From the NCBI GenBank assembly GCA_020632795.1, contig JACKEV010000010.1, positions 223,127-287,126 on the forward strand: 64,000 nt of DNA. The letters run 5' to 3'. The stretch is from Alphaproteobacteria bacterium. Its GTDB lineage: Bacteria; Myxococcota_A; UBA796; CAJQPC01. Below, piece by piece: positions 32,301 through 41,343 of this stretch. Both the position numbers and the translations under genes were made by a program. Position 1 is the stretch's first letter. Each line of letters begins with the position of its first letter. Below the pieces are notes generated by a model. It worked only from the letters and a program-made list of their open reading frames with translations. It made no database searches and had not been told where the DNA came from.

Positions 32301-34723
32301 AGGTCGAAGCCGTCCACCCGGCGGCCGATGATGAAGCGGCTGGCCGCGATGCCGAGGAGCACCGCCACCGGCCCCAGGAAGCGCCTCAGCCGGGGGATGC
32401 GGGCCAGCCAGCCCTCCGCCCCCATGCGGGCGACCAGGCGGTCGGCCATCGAGATGCAGCGGGCGGGGTCCAGGTAGAACTGGAGCCGCAGCAGGCGGTC
32501 CTCGACCTGATCGAGCTGCCCGCCCGGCACATAGGGCTTCTTTCGCAGGATCTCGGCGGCCCAGGCCAGGAGCTGGAGGGCCTCCTCCTGGGCCTGGAGG
32601 TCGAAGGCCTGCTGCCCGGCGGAGAGCAGCAGGGGCAGCGCCCGGTCCACCTGCCCGGCGAGCTGGAAGTGGCGGCCGATCTCGGCCTCTGCGTAGGCCC
32701 CGGGGGCGTCCAGGCGCAGCTCGGTCATGGCCTCGGCGATGCGGGCGTGCAGCTCGGCGGCGCGCTGGGGGGGCAGCGCCTCGCGCAGGCGCTCGACCAG
32801 GAAGGCCTGGCGCAGCGCGACGCCCTGGTCGGTGCGGCCGGCGATGTCCTGGTCGATGAGGTCGCGCAGGGACTCGTTGACGTCCTGGTCGTCCCCCAGC
32901 ACCCGGCTGACGAGGATCGCCTCCACCCGGCGGCCGGCCAGGGCGAGCACGTCGGCCACCGCGCGGGCCTCGGGGGTGCAGCGGGCCAGCCGCGCGGAGA
33001 CGAGGTCGGTGAGGCCCGCCGGCAGCCGGAGGTCGTCCGCACGCACGGGCAGCCGCCACTGGCCGCGGCGGTAGCGGATCTGCCCGTCGTCGACGAGGTA
33101 GTGGAGCATCTCGTGCAGGAAGTACGGGTTGCCGCCGGTCTCGCGCAGCAGCACCTCCACCAGCCCGTCGGGGGGCTCCTCCACGGCGAACTGCTTGCGG
33201 ATCAGCTCGCGCACCCCGTAGGCGTCGAAGGGCCCCAGGTGCAGCTCGGTCTCGGGGTGCTCGATCAGCAGGCGGCGGACCTGGGGGGCGTCGTCCAGCT
33301 CGTTGGAGCGCAGCGCGGTGAGCAGGAGCAGGGCGTGGGAGTGCCCGCGCCGGCTCAGCGCCCGGTCGATGAAGTCGGCGGTGTGGCCGTCCGCCCACTG
33401 CAGGTCGTCGAGGAAGAGCACGAGCAGGTTGTCGGCGCAGGCGCTGAGCAGCCAGCGCTCCAGGGCGTCGAGGATGCGGACGACCTCGGCGTCGCGGTCG
33501 TCCAGGGGCGCCGCCGGCTGGACGTCGGGGAGCAGGCGGCGCAGGCGCTCGCTGACCCGCACGAGCAGCGGCGCGATCTCTTGAAGGACCGGGTCCTCCC
33601 GGGCGACGCTGCCGTGCATCAGCGGGGCGAGGGCCTCCATCACCGGGCCGAAGGGCACCCGGGTGTCCGGGGGGCAGGCCGCCCGCAGCACCCGCGCCCC
33701 GCCCACCTGGGCGTCGAGGATGATCTCGTCGAGCAGGCGGGACTTGCCCTCCCCCGCGACCCCGCTGAGCAGCACGACCTCGAGGTGCCCCTCCCGCGCC
33801 CGGCGCTCGGCCTCGCGGAGCTGCCGCACGGCGATGGTGCGCCCCACCAGGGCCGGGGTGGCCAGATACGAGCGCTTCTGCTCCTCGCTCAGGTCCACCG
33901 CGCGGGCCCCGGAGAGCGCCGCGAGCACCTCGACCACCGCGTCCGCCGAGCCCGGCCGCAGGGCCGGCGACGCGGCGAGCAGGCTGCGGATGAGGCGCAC
34001 CATGGGCGCGGGGTGCCCCTGGATGGGGGTGAGGTCCACCAGGGTCGAGGAGGTGCGGGTGAGCGCCGCGCCCCGGGCTCCGGTCTGCCGCGGCAGGAAG
34101 CCCGTCAGCCCCTGGAACATCAGCACGCCCAGGGAGTAGAGGTCGGAGCGCACCCCCCGCGCCCCGCCGTGGAACGCCTCGGGGGGCAGGTGGCTCAGGG
34201 TCCCGGAGATCCGCGTGCCGCCGGTGTCGAAGGGGCTGACCAGCCCGAAGTCGAGCAGGATGACCCGCTCCAGCCCGCCGTCCTCGTCGAACTGCACCCG
34301 GACGTTGGACGCCTTGATGTCCCGGTGCACGACCCGCCGGGAGTGGACGAAGGCCAGCGCCTGGGCGAGCTGGATGAAGATCTCGTAGTAGAGGGCCGGC
34401 GCGAGGGGGAGCAGGCGGCTGAGGTCCTGACCCTCGACCAGCTCCATCGTGAAGTAGGGCTGCCCGCCGGAGAGCTGCCCGAAGTCGAAGACCTGGGGCA
34501 CGTTGGGGTGCCGAAGGCGGCGCAGCGCGGTGAACTCCTGCTGAAAATGCAGGAGATTTCTCTCACTTACGCCGCCAGGAATGTCCAGCACCTTCAGCGC
34601 GACCCGCCGCCCTTCGAGCTGATCGCGGACCTGGAACACCAGCCCCATGCCGCCGTGACCGAGCACCGCCTCGACCTCATACCGGCCGTCGATCAGATCG
34701 GGGACTTCGACGCCAGCTATCAC
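29381..34723 (-). CDS. Multidomain signalling protein: Ser/Thr protein kinase, AAA/STAND-like NTPase, TPR/helical region, GAF, class III adenylyl/guanylyl cyclase
   Basis: N-terminal kinase (GHGGMGLVFQV...HRDIKASNV...DFG); Walker A GVAGEGKSRLL; GAF-like region; C-terminal cyclase (FTDVRGFS...YLGDGLMAIFGAP...GIHTGEV). 1780 aa. Confidence 0.85.
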   Translation of the reverse strand: MIAGVEVPDLIDGRYEVEAVLGHGGMGLVFQVRDQLEGRRVALKVLDIPGGVSERNLLHFQQEFTALRRLRHPNVPQVFDFGQLSGGQPYFTMELVEGQDLSRLLPLAPALYYEIFIQLAQALAFVHSRRVVHRDIKASNVRVQFDEDGGLERVILLDFGLVSPFDTGGTRISGTLSHLPPEAFHGGARGVRSDLYSLGVLMFQGLTGFLPRQTGARGAALTRTSSTLVDLTPIQGHPAPMVRLIRSLLAASPALRPGSADAVVEVLAALSGARAVDLSEEQKRSYLATPALVGRTIAVRQLREAERRAREGHLEVVLLSGVAGEGKSRLLDEIILDAQVGGARVLRAACPPDTRVPFGPVMEALAPLMHGSVAREDPVLQEIAPLLVRVSERLRRLLPDVQPAAPLDDRDAEVVRILDALERWLLSACADNLLVLFLDDLQWADGHTADFIDRALSRRGHSHALLLLTALRSNELDDAPQVRRLLIEHPETELHLGPFDAYGVRELIRKQFAVEEPPDGLVEVLLRETGGNPYFLHEMLHYLVDDGQIRYRRGQWRLPVRADDLRLPAGLTDLVSARLARCTPEARAVADVLALAGRRVEAILVSRVLGDDQDVNESLRDLIDQDIAGRTDQGVALRQAFLVERLREALPPQRAAELHARIAEAMTELRLDAPGAYAEAEIGRHFQLAGQVDRALPLLLSAGQQAFDLQAQEEALQLLAWAAEILRKKPYVPGGQLDQVEDRLLRLQFYLDPARCISMADRLVARMGAEGWLARIPRLRRFLGPVAVLLGIAASRFIIGRRVDGFDLAAMKSFYSMYFVAWGLKAVAVGWTGRFAECEQLSEQEILPLVPRRSSAIGAICDASLCVVLPVQGRTQEMEQRLERARSILEGPQGKELDPYDLHISLWGAVYIALATHHAMRGLPTALDRIRPPPGQEPEFSTLNIEATKMMAISIFHGQRGELAQLEQELRRYRQIRVTLRPQSVEAINRGLAWACIEAGHFDRARAVIDTMHHMGGFSEAQSAVLRARCPGDMAQRLALTAKCREICSGTAIRAPLMVQIADWVEAGLRIERGEFVHAARCARAAITSSQDPEHRNEYNEMVATGLLAQAELGQGRVEDARRLAQECLDMARRYRNPIRIGIARMILAQVFAAEDNPDAEELLREAIRQFERLGNTFMVRQALSLRSALGFGSNGADGWSHAVDPHHLSFDQVSQLTWSVELADVVEGALQVLGRSVPSSDRWVVVFETIDSPELTMGQDAEDTPQHVEPPADLMAQLRRMDRVEDRAVDMADYGVWVYPLVRPPAPGGVASGQVFGVVLVRPSADSPITDTYLRELWPQVRMLSGFLANALEHARLAQREYRLSMLTQLGQLLASVRSTEELLALVLDRMLDVTGADRAAMLLLDDRSGELRLEHARDLERHSLPTRGVLLSEDVLERALDAQGPVRAKGEAPALTRVGDVPCEVIAVPLRSLLRELEGHPMEVQRRQEQIMALSVPELTTIAQSDGGGTVVGLVYLEIDERPDYTAPLDEPLLTLLAGQAGFAIDVARLDRQLVEEVRQQEALKSQRRQLERYLSKDVAQAIIADPQLVSLGARKAVVTMVFTDVRGFSAWSSNLPSQVVVDTLNQVFSLVTPIIFKHGGTLDKYLGDGLMAIFGAPVERPDHAIQAVQAAREIQEAISSWLQGQRDLGRRVPGTGIGIHTGEVSVGNIGSEERMEYTAVGDVVNVASRICDLAGPGQVLISRETVSALPLAAFELRRLEPVLVKGRDEAIQLFEVC

Positions 34724-34812
34724 GCGCGTGCTGCGCCTCCGGGGGCTCTACAGCGTAACCGGTTCCCGGGACCGCCCCCAAGAGACGTCAGCGCGCCGTC
34801 ACCGATCCAGGC

Positions 34813-35301
34813 TCAGGCGGCCACGGATCGTGCAGCCTGCACCGGCGGGATCTCCTGGATGAGGGCGATCTGACGGCAGCGCGGGAGGCGGGGGCAGCGC
34901 AGGCACTGGCGGTCGCGCTTCTCGGCGAGCTGGTCGAGCGCGACCTGCGCAAACCCCAGGGCTTCGAAGGGCGCGGGGTCGGGGGCGAGCACGAAGGCGC
35001 GGCGCACCCCCAGGTCCCGGGCCTCCTCGAACAGCGCGGCGATGAGGGCCTCGGTCAGCGAGGGCGCGGGGCTCACCAGCGCGCCCAGCTCGGCCAGCTC
35101 ATCGGAGATCAGGGAGAGCGAGGCCAGGCCGACGAGGCCGTCGTGGTCCTCGGCGACGACGTAGTCGCGCAGGCGCTCGATGACGGCGCGGCGGCTGCGG
35201 GGCAGCAGGGCCTCGGCGCGCACCTCGGGCGCCATCAGGGTGAGCATGTCGGAGACATCAGCGATCGTCGGCTTGCGGAGCTGGAGCATCAGGTTCCTCA
35301 C
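34813..35301 (-). CDS. GNAT-family N-acetyltransferase-like protein
   Basis: 162 aa; acetyltransferase-like core (RRAFVLAPDPAPFEALGF). Confidence 0.5.
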   Translation of the reverse strand: MRNLMLQLRKPTIADVSDMLTLMAPEVRAEALLPRSRRAVIERLRDYVVAEDHDGLVGLASLSLISDELAELGALVSPAPSLTEALIAALFEEARDLGVRRAFVLAPDPAPFEALGFAQVALDQLAEKRDRQCLRCPRLPRCRQIALIQEIPPVQAARSVAA

Positions 35302-35408
35302 GTCGCATGGTTATGCGTCGTTTGGAATGATCTTGCAAGTCGATGAGTTGAATTGTCTCTGAATCAGCCGCTTTGTGGATGATCATCCGGTGGGCGATGT
35401 GAAGATCC

Positions 35409-36188
35409 TCACCCCACCTCGAGCGCCGCCGGGTCGCTCTGCGCGAGCGCCAGCATGCGCCGCGCGTAGAAGCTGCAGACCACCGAAGGCGCGGACAGGC
35501 CCAGCACCCCCAGGAGCTGCGCGCGTGACATGACCCTCAGCGCGCCGCCGGAGCCCCGGAGACCCAGGACGCCCGCGACGATCTCGGCCAGCCCCAGGGG
35601 CCAGAGCAGGAGCCCCGGCGCGCCGCAGAGCCAGCCCAGCTCCGAGCCGCTCAGGGCGAACGCCCCGCCGCCCAGCACAGCCATGACGAAGGTGCCCATG
35701 AACAGGAAGTTGAAGGCGCCGGTGACCACCATGGCGAGGCCGGCCTTCTGCAGAGGCGTGCGCACCGCCGGGGGGAGGGCGCCGTCGACCCGGAACTGCT
35801 GCGCGCGCTCGGTGAGCGGCGCCCGCCCGTCGAGGTGGTCCAACAGCTTCTTCAGCTCCGTGGCGCTGGCCACGATGCCGGTGTAGTCGAAGGTGGCGTC
35901 GCGCGCTCGGACGCGCACGGCGTAGCCACCGAGCGCCCGCAGGACGTCGACGGCGTCGAGCTGGTCGAGGCGCAGCTCGTTGTCCGCCAGGATGTTGTAG
36001 ACGAGGCGATCGGGGAACAGGGTGAGGCGCGGGTTGAGGTTGTTGCGCTTCACGGCCACGATCCCCACGCCGCTGGGGGAGGCGGCGTTCTGGCGCACGG
36101 CGACGGCGAGGCCCTGCGGGGGGATGGCGAGCGGCGTGGACACGGGAACCTCCGGGGATCGAGAGCGTTCCCTTGTTATCGCACCCAC
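35409..36188 (-). CDS. Hypothetical membrane protein
   Basis: Hydrophobic C-terminal half (AGLAMVVTGAFNFLFMGTFVMAVLGGGAFAL...). Start uncertain. Confidence 0.45.
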   Translation of the reverse strand: MGAITRERSRSPEVPVSTPLAIPPQGLAVAVRQNAASPSGVGIVAVKRNNLNPRLTLFPDRLVYNILADNELRLDQLDAVDVLRALGGYAVRVRARDATFDYTGIVASATELKKLLDHLDGRAPLTERAQQFRVDGALPPAVRTPLQKAGLAMVVTGAFNFLFMGTFVMAVLGGGAFALSGSELGWLCGAPGLLLWPLGLAEIVAGVLGLRGSGGALRVMSRAQLLGVLGLSAPSVVCSFYARRMLALAQSDPAALEVG

Positions 36189-36227
36189 GACCGCCCCGCC
36201 GAGGCCCGCGCCCCGTCGACCCTGCCC

Positions 36228-37454
36228 CTACGGCTGCGCCCCGCCCTGGATCCACCCCTCGATCACCGCCAGCTCCGCCGAGCCGAGCTGGGTGCTCCGG
36301 GGCGGCGGCATCGGGTCGCCCGACCCGCCGACGCTGCTCTGCGTGTTGCTCAGCTTGTGCCAGAGGTAGCTGCGGGCGGTGTCCCCCGGCGACACAAGGT
36401 CCATCGAGGGGACATCACCCGAGGCCTGGCTGACCATCTCGGCGTAGCCGTCGGTCAGGTCGAGGCCGCCCTCGGGCTGGGTGCGCCAGTTGACGTGGCA
36501 GCCGTTGCAGTAGCGGTCCCAGATCACCTGGACGTCGTTGGCGTGGGAGTAGACCGGCACGTCGTCGTCGACCACGCCGTCGCAGTCGTTGTCCACGCCG
36601 TCGTAGGTGTCATCCGCGGCCCCCGGGTTGACCGCGCTCTCGCTGTCGTCGCAGTCGTCGGGGTTGTCGACGTAGCTGGTGGGGGCGGTGCACTCCTCGC
36701 GCACCCGGCTGGCGTCGCCGTAGCCGTCGCCGTCCCGGTCGAGGTAGAACGTGGTCAGCACGCCCTCGTCCACGTCGCCGTCGCAGTCGTCGTCGACGTT
36801 GTCGCAGGTCTCCGGGGCGCCGGGGTAGGCGCTGGCGTCGTTGTCCCGGCACTCCTCGCAGGCGGTCCAGCCGTCCCCGTCGTTGTCCCCGCCGCCCACG
36901 CTGCCGTCGCAGTTGTAGTCCGCGGGGTCGTCGCAGTCGGACTCCGAGGCGCCCGGGTTGTAGGCGGCGTCGCTGTCGTCGCAGTCCCCGCCGCGGTCCA
37001 CGTAGCCGGTTGGGGCCGCGCAGCCCTCGGCGGTGACGTCGTCGGCGCCATAGCCGTCGCCGTCGCTGTCCCCGTAGAAGGTGGCGGTCACGCCCTCGTC
37101 GGCGGCGCCGTCGCAGTTGTTGTCGACCCCGTCGCAGACCTCGTTGGCGCCGGGGTTCACCGTCCCGTCGGCGTCGTCGCAGTCCTGGGCCTGGACGTAG
37201 CCGTCGCCGTCCAGGTCGTCGTCCGGCGTCGCCGCGTCGCAGTCGTTGTCGAGGCCGTCGTAGGGGACCTCCGTGTTGCCGGGGTACACCGCCGCGTCGG
37301 CGTCGTCGCAGTCACCGTCGGCTTCCGTGACGCCGTCGCCATCGAGATCCTCGGCGACCGACGCGCTGTCGTCCGTCCCGCTGTCGTCGCCATCCTTGTC
37401 ACCGCACGCGACCATAAGGGTCGCCGCGAGGAGCCACACCGCTCTCGTCATCAT
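36228..37454 (-). CDS. Lipoprotein with Myxococcales-type Cys/Asp-rich putative metal-binding repeats and a C-terminal CxxCH (cytochrome c-like) domain
   Basis: Lipobox LMVACG. Repeated DNDCDG/DCDD units (PF11617-like). C-terminal DRYCNGCH...GDPMPP resembles planctomycete-type cytochrome c domains. Confidence 0.7.
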   Translation of the reverse strand: MMTRAVWLLAATLMVACGDKDGDDSGTDDSASVAEDLDGDGVTEADGDCDDADAAVYPGNTEVPYDGLDNDCDAATPDDDLDGDGYVQAQDCDDADGTVNPGANEVCDGVDNNCDGAADEGVTATFYGDSDGDGYGADDVTAEGCAAPTGYVDRGGDCDDSDAAYNPGASESDCDDPADYNCDGSVGGGDNDGDGWTACEECRDNDASAYPGAPETCDNVDDDCDGDVDEGVLTTFYLDRDGDGYGDASRVREECTAPTSYVDNPDDCDDSESAVNPGAADDTYDGVDNDCDGVVDDDVPVYSHANDVQVIWDRYCNGCHVNWRTQPEGGLDLTDGYAEMVSQASGDVPSMDLVSPGDTARSYLWHKLSNTQSSVGGSGDPMPPPRSTQLGSAELAVIEGWIQGGAQP

Positions 37455-37576
37455 CTCACCTCCGGGGCTGGAGAGGCCGGGGGGTGTACCGATAGCCGAG
37501 GGTCAGCGGGGTCTGTGAAGCAAAGGTCAAGGCCCGCGCGTCCGGGGACACGCGGGCCTCGCTGGAGGTCTCGGGC

Positions 37577-38518
37577 TCAGCCCTCCTCGTTGTACTCCGG
37601 CTCGGCGAAGGCGCACTCGGCGACCTCGCCCTCCTCGACGCCCAGCCAGTCGTGCACGCGATAGACCGGGGCGAACTGGTCGTTCCAGCACTCCGAGGCG
37701 GTGGCGGCCTCGTCGCCGAGCTGACCCTGGGTGAGGATGATGTCGGCGCGGCCCTGGCCGTCGGCCAGCCAGCGGGACCGCACGACGTGCAGCTCCTCCT
37801 CGCCGTTGCCGGTGGCGTCGGCCAGCCAGCCCAGGTCCATCGAGCCCTCGCCGCCGAAGCGCTGGTCGTAGGCGTAGAGCGCGTCGATGTCCTCGTCGCC
37901 GTCGGCGAAGGCCTCGAAGGCGGCGGTGGCGGCGACGCCGTCCTCGCCGATGTCGTACTCGCTGTAGAAGACGCCGGTGGCGGTCTGGTTGGGGTCCAGC
38001 TCGTGCATCGCGGTGAAGTCGATGGCGAAGCGGCCGGCGCTGACCTCCTCGGTGGCGCCCGCGTCGACCTCACCGGCGATCACGGTGACCTGCTCGGCCT
38101 CGGGGTTGTTCTTGGGGCGCTGCACGAAGGCCCAGGTGTAGGTGTCGGCCTCGACGTCATGCTGCACGAAGAGCGAGGTCTCGACCGGGTCGAGGGCGTC
38201 CGCGTAGGGGCCCCACAGCGCGTGGTTGGTGTCGCCGTCGACGTAGCTGGGGGGGAGGTCGGTGATCACGTCGACCAGCACGAGCACGCCGCCGATCAGA
38301 CTGTTGACGTCGTCGGTCACCTTCGCGGTGAACAGGTAGGCCGGCGACCACTGCTCGTCGGAGAGGTCCTTGGCGCTGGCCGAGTCAGTGGGCAGGTTGA
38401 TGAGGATGCGGTCATCCGGGAGCACGGAGCTGAGTCCGGCGTCCTGGGGAACACAGGCCACCAGGCCGAGGCCGAGGGTCATGGTGAGGGCGAGGGTGCT
38501 GGCGCTGCTGCGGGTCAT
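37577..38518 (-). CDS. Hypothetical lipoprotein
   Basis: Signal and lipobox LGLGLVAC; acidic secreted protein. Confidence 0.6.
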   Translation of the reverse strand: MTRSSASTLALTMTLGLGLVACVPQDAGLSSVLPDDRILINLPTDSASAKDLSDEQWSPAYLFTAKVTDDVNSLIGGVLVLVDVITDLPPSYVDGDTNHALWGPYADALDPVETSLFVQHDVEADTYTWAFVQRPKNNPEAEQVTVIAGEVDAGATEEVSAGRFAIDFTAMHELDPNQTATGVFYSEYDIGEDGVAATAAFEAFADGDEDIDALYAYDQRFGGEGSMDLGWLADATGNGEEELHVVRSRWLADGQGRADIILTQGQLGDEAATASECWNDQFAPVYRVHDWLGVEEGEVAECAFAEPEYNEEG

Positions 38519-38664
38519 CGTGGCCTCCGTAGGGTCGCGGTTGTGTTTCGCTTTCGCCCCCTTGGACCCACGGCCCCGCGGCGGGTGAAACGGTTTTTCA
38601 TCCGCATCCCGATTTTTCCGATCCGCGCGGCAGGTTAGAGAGCCGCACCAAGGAGGTACCCACC

Positions 38665-39144
38665 GTGGAGCAGGTCGACGCCCTCATCAAGCGCATGCGC
38701 GCGGCGGACATGGACGAGCGGGACACCATCAAGGCCGAGCTGGAGGCCCTCTGCCGGGGCCCCCAGGGCACGGACGTCCGGGACCACATCGCCTCGGCGG
38801 CCCGGGGGGAGATCCTGGAGGTGCAGTGGGAGCTGGAGGAGGTCCTGGAGGCCACCGAGCCCCCCAAGCCCCAGGCCGCGGCCCCCGAGCCGGAGCCCGA
38901 ACCCGAGCCCGAACCCGAGCCCGAGCCCGACCCCAACCGCCGCCTGACCGCCGCAGACCTCGATCTGGTCTATCAGGACCCTCGGGGCCTCGCGCTGCAC
39001 CGCACCAAGGACGGCAAGCGCTGGTTCGCCACCCAGCTCAACCCCATGACCCGTCAGCCGGAGACCTTCGAGCTGCATCCCTCTGAGATCCCTCAGATCA
39101 AGGCCCAGCTCGCCGGCTCGCCGTACTGGGTCATCGGCGGGTAG
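38665..39144 (+). CDS. Hypothetical protein containing an (EP)n dipeptide repeat
   Basis: 159-aa ORF with coding-like bias; PEPEPEPEPEPEPEPD segment. Confidence 0.55.
   Translation: MEQVDALIKRMRAADMDERDTIKAELEALCRGPQGTDVRDHIASAARGEILEVQWELEEVLEATEPPKPQAAAPEPEPEPEPEPEPEPDPNRRLTAADLDLVYQDPRGLALHRTKDGKRWFATQLNPMTRQPETFELHPSEIPQIKAQLAGSPYWVIGG
38886..38930 (+). repeat. Tandem hexanucleotide repeat (gagccc/gaaccc) x ~7 encoding (EP)n
   Basis: cgagccggagcccgaacccgagcccgaacccgagcccgagcccgac. Confidence 0.8.
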
Positions 39145-39202
39145 AGATTCCCCGGCGGAAGGTCGCGGTATGCTCTCCCGGGCGCGCTGCCAGGAGGGCG
39201 AC

Positions 39203-40639
39203 ATGCCGAACCCCCGACCCCTGCTGTTCACCCTCGCCCTGCTGATGGCCTGCGGCGGGGCGCGCAAGCAGGTGCGTGCCGGGGACGACTACATGACCCG
39301 GGGCTACCCCGACGCCGCCGTCCGGGCCTACGAGCGCGCCCTCGAGCTCGACCCCAAGGACCCCGAGATCCAGCTCCGGGTGGCCCGCGCCCGGATCGCC
39401 GTGGGGGAACCCGAACTGGCGATCGGGCCGGCGCGGGTGGCCCACTACGCCGAGGTGCCCGGCAGCGCCCTGGTGCTCGCCGAGGCCCTGCTGGCCCTCG
39501 GGGAGACCGACGACGCCCTCAAGACCATCCGCGCGGAGCTGGAGCGGGAGCCCTCCCCGGCGGCCTACGCGGTCATGGGGGAGATCGAGCTGAGCCGAGG
39601 CCGGGCGGACGCCGCCGCCGGCTGGCTGTCCCGCGCCGCCGCCGGGGGGGATCCCCGCCACCTGGCGCGCCTCGCCTTCGCCCAGGCCTGGGGCGACGAC
39701 CCCGGCGAGGCCCGGGACACCGCGGTGCGGGCGATGGCGGCGGGCGGGGATCAGGTCCCGGTGCTGATGGACCTCGCGGCGACCTGGCAGCTCCTGGACG
39801 ACGCCGCCGACGCCATGGGGGCGGCGAACACGGCTCTGGGCCTGGACGCCGAGCTGGACGAGGAGGACGGCGGGCGGGCGAGGGCCCTGGCCGAGGCCCG
39901 CCAGCGCCGGGATCGGGGCGACCGGCTGGGGGCCTACCGGCTGGGCCTGGCGGCCCACACCCTCGACCCCCGCGACCCGGTCTGCGCCTGGCTGCTGGGG
40001 CGGTGGTTCCTGGAGGACGAGGACTTCCCGCGCGCCGCGTACTACCTCAACCAGGCCCTCTCCCTCCCCCCCTACGCGGTCGAGATCAACCAGACCGTGC
40101 AGCGCAGCACGACCACCGACCCGGACCCCGCCGAGGTGCGCGAGGACCGCGTGCGCATCGCCACGGACCTCGCGGCGGCCTGGTCGGCGCTGGGGAACCC
40201 CACGCGGGCCGCGAAGGCGCTGGAGATCGCCGTGCTCGGCGCCCAGGGCGATCCCTCCCCCGAGGCCCTGATGTCCCTGGCGGAGGCCTTCCAGGCCGCC
40301 GGGCGCCCGGCGGACGCCGCCGAGATGGCCCGCCGGGCCGCCGACCGGGGGCACCCGGCGGCCGTGGCGGCGGTCGCGCGGGGCATGGCGGCGGCGGGGC
40401 GGGTGGACGAGGCGGTCTCCCAGGCCACCCGAGGCTGGAACATCAACCGCGGCGACCCGACCATCGCCCTGGTGCTCGCAGAGCTGTACGCCTCCCGCCA
40501 GGAGTATGTGCCGGCGATGCAGGTCGTCGAGACCGCGCTGCGGGCGCACCCCGACCACCCGGAGCTGACCGCGACCCTGGAGCAGCTCCGGGCGGAGGCG
40601 GAGGCGCCGGCCTACTCGGAGATCTTCCAGCGGCCGTGA
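39203..40639 (+). CDS. TPR-repeat lipoprotein
   Basis: MPNPRPLLFTLALLMACGG signal/lipobox; repeated Ala-rich TPR-like helices. Second ATG of track ORF 39170-40639. Confidence 0.7.
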   Translation: MPNPRPLLFTLALLMACGGARKQVRAGDDYMTRGYPDAAVRAYERALELDPKDPEIQLRVARARIAVGEPELAIGPARVAHYAEVPGSALVLAEALLALGETDDALKTIRAELEREPSPAAYAVMGEIELSRGRADAAAGWLSRAAAGGDPRHLARLAFAQAWGDDPGEARDTAVRAMAAGGDQVPVLMDLAATWQLLDDAADAMGAANTALGLDAELDEEDGGRARALAEARQRRDRGDRLGAYRLGLAAHTLDPRDPVCAWLLGRWFLEDEDFPRAAYYLNQALSLPPYAVEINQTVQRSTTTDPDPAEVREDRVRIATDLAAAWSALGNPTRAAKALEIAVLGAQGDPSPEALMSLAEAFQAAGRPADAAEMARRAADRGHPAAVAAVARGMAAAGRVDEAVSQATRGWNINRGDPTIALVLAELYASRQEYVPAMQVVETALRAHPDHPELTATLEQLRAEAEAPAYSEIFQRP

Positions 40640-40640
40640 G

Positions 40641-41012
40641 TCACTCCCGGAACGCCCGGGCCTTCAGCTCGCGGAAGACCGAGTCCTCGACCTCGGCGAG
40701 CATGTGGGCGCTCAGGCCCAGCCGGTGGGCCATGTCGGAGATCTTGCGGGCCTCTTCGACCCCGTAGCCGCCGTCGACCACGGCGATGTAGATGGCCGCG
40801 CGCACCAGCAGATCGCGCACGGGCCACAGGGCCTCGAAGGGCGCGGGCTCGACCTCGGTGGAGGTGATCCCGTCGATGACGCTCTCCAGCGCGACCAGCT
40901 CGCTGGAGGCGATGTGGCCGTCTGCAGAGGCCACCTCGCGCAGGGCCTCGGCGAACCGCCGAGCGACCGGCGGCGCCATGTCTGCGGCGCGGATCTCATC
41001 CCTCAGGCCCAT
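40641..41012 (-). CDS. TerB-like (tellurite-resistance/DjlA N-terminal-like) domain protein
   Basis: ~120 aa; ...YIAVVDGGYGVEEARKISDMAHRLGLS... TerB-like. Confidence 0.45.
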   Translation of the reverse strand: MGLRDEIRAADMAPPVARRFAEALREVASADGHIASSELVALESVIDGITSTEVEPAPFEALWPVRDLLVRAAIYIAVVDGGYGVEEARKISDMAHRLGLSAHMLAEVEDSVFRELKARAFRE

Positions 41013-41343
41013 CGGGCGACCTCGACCTTCCCAGGTTCGTTCCATCCTTGCATAGCCCGGCCCCCTGCCGCAGGTCCAGCCAGGGAGCGCACCTTTGTCG
41101 AGGGCAACCGAGCCTCATGCCGGAGCGCCGGTCGGCGCAGGGGGCTCGGCCGACCGCGTCGCGCCCCGCTCCCTGCGAAGAACCACCCACGCGACACGGC
41201 GCCGGCCGGGGTTCAGACCGCCCGTGAGCGAATGCTCATCGTATTACCTGATAAAGCGGGTATGCGACCGCCCGGTCGTGGTATTATTCCTCCGGGGGAA
41301 CCTCTCCTCCCCCACTCCCGATGATCAGGGCCGGAGGATGGCC

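Noticed and set aside
28982-34873. 1963-aa plus-strand ORF
   Set aside because: Antisense to the kinase-cyclase gene; junk composition.
38598-38936. Minus ORF MGSGSGSGSGSGSGSGSG...
   Set aside because: Antisense reading of the (EP)n hexanucleotide repeat.
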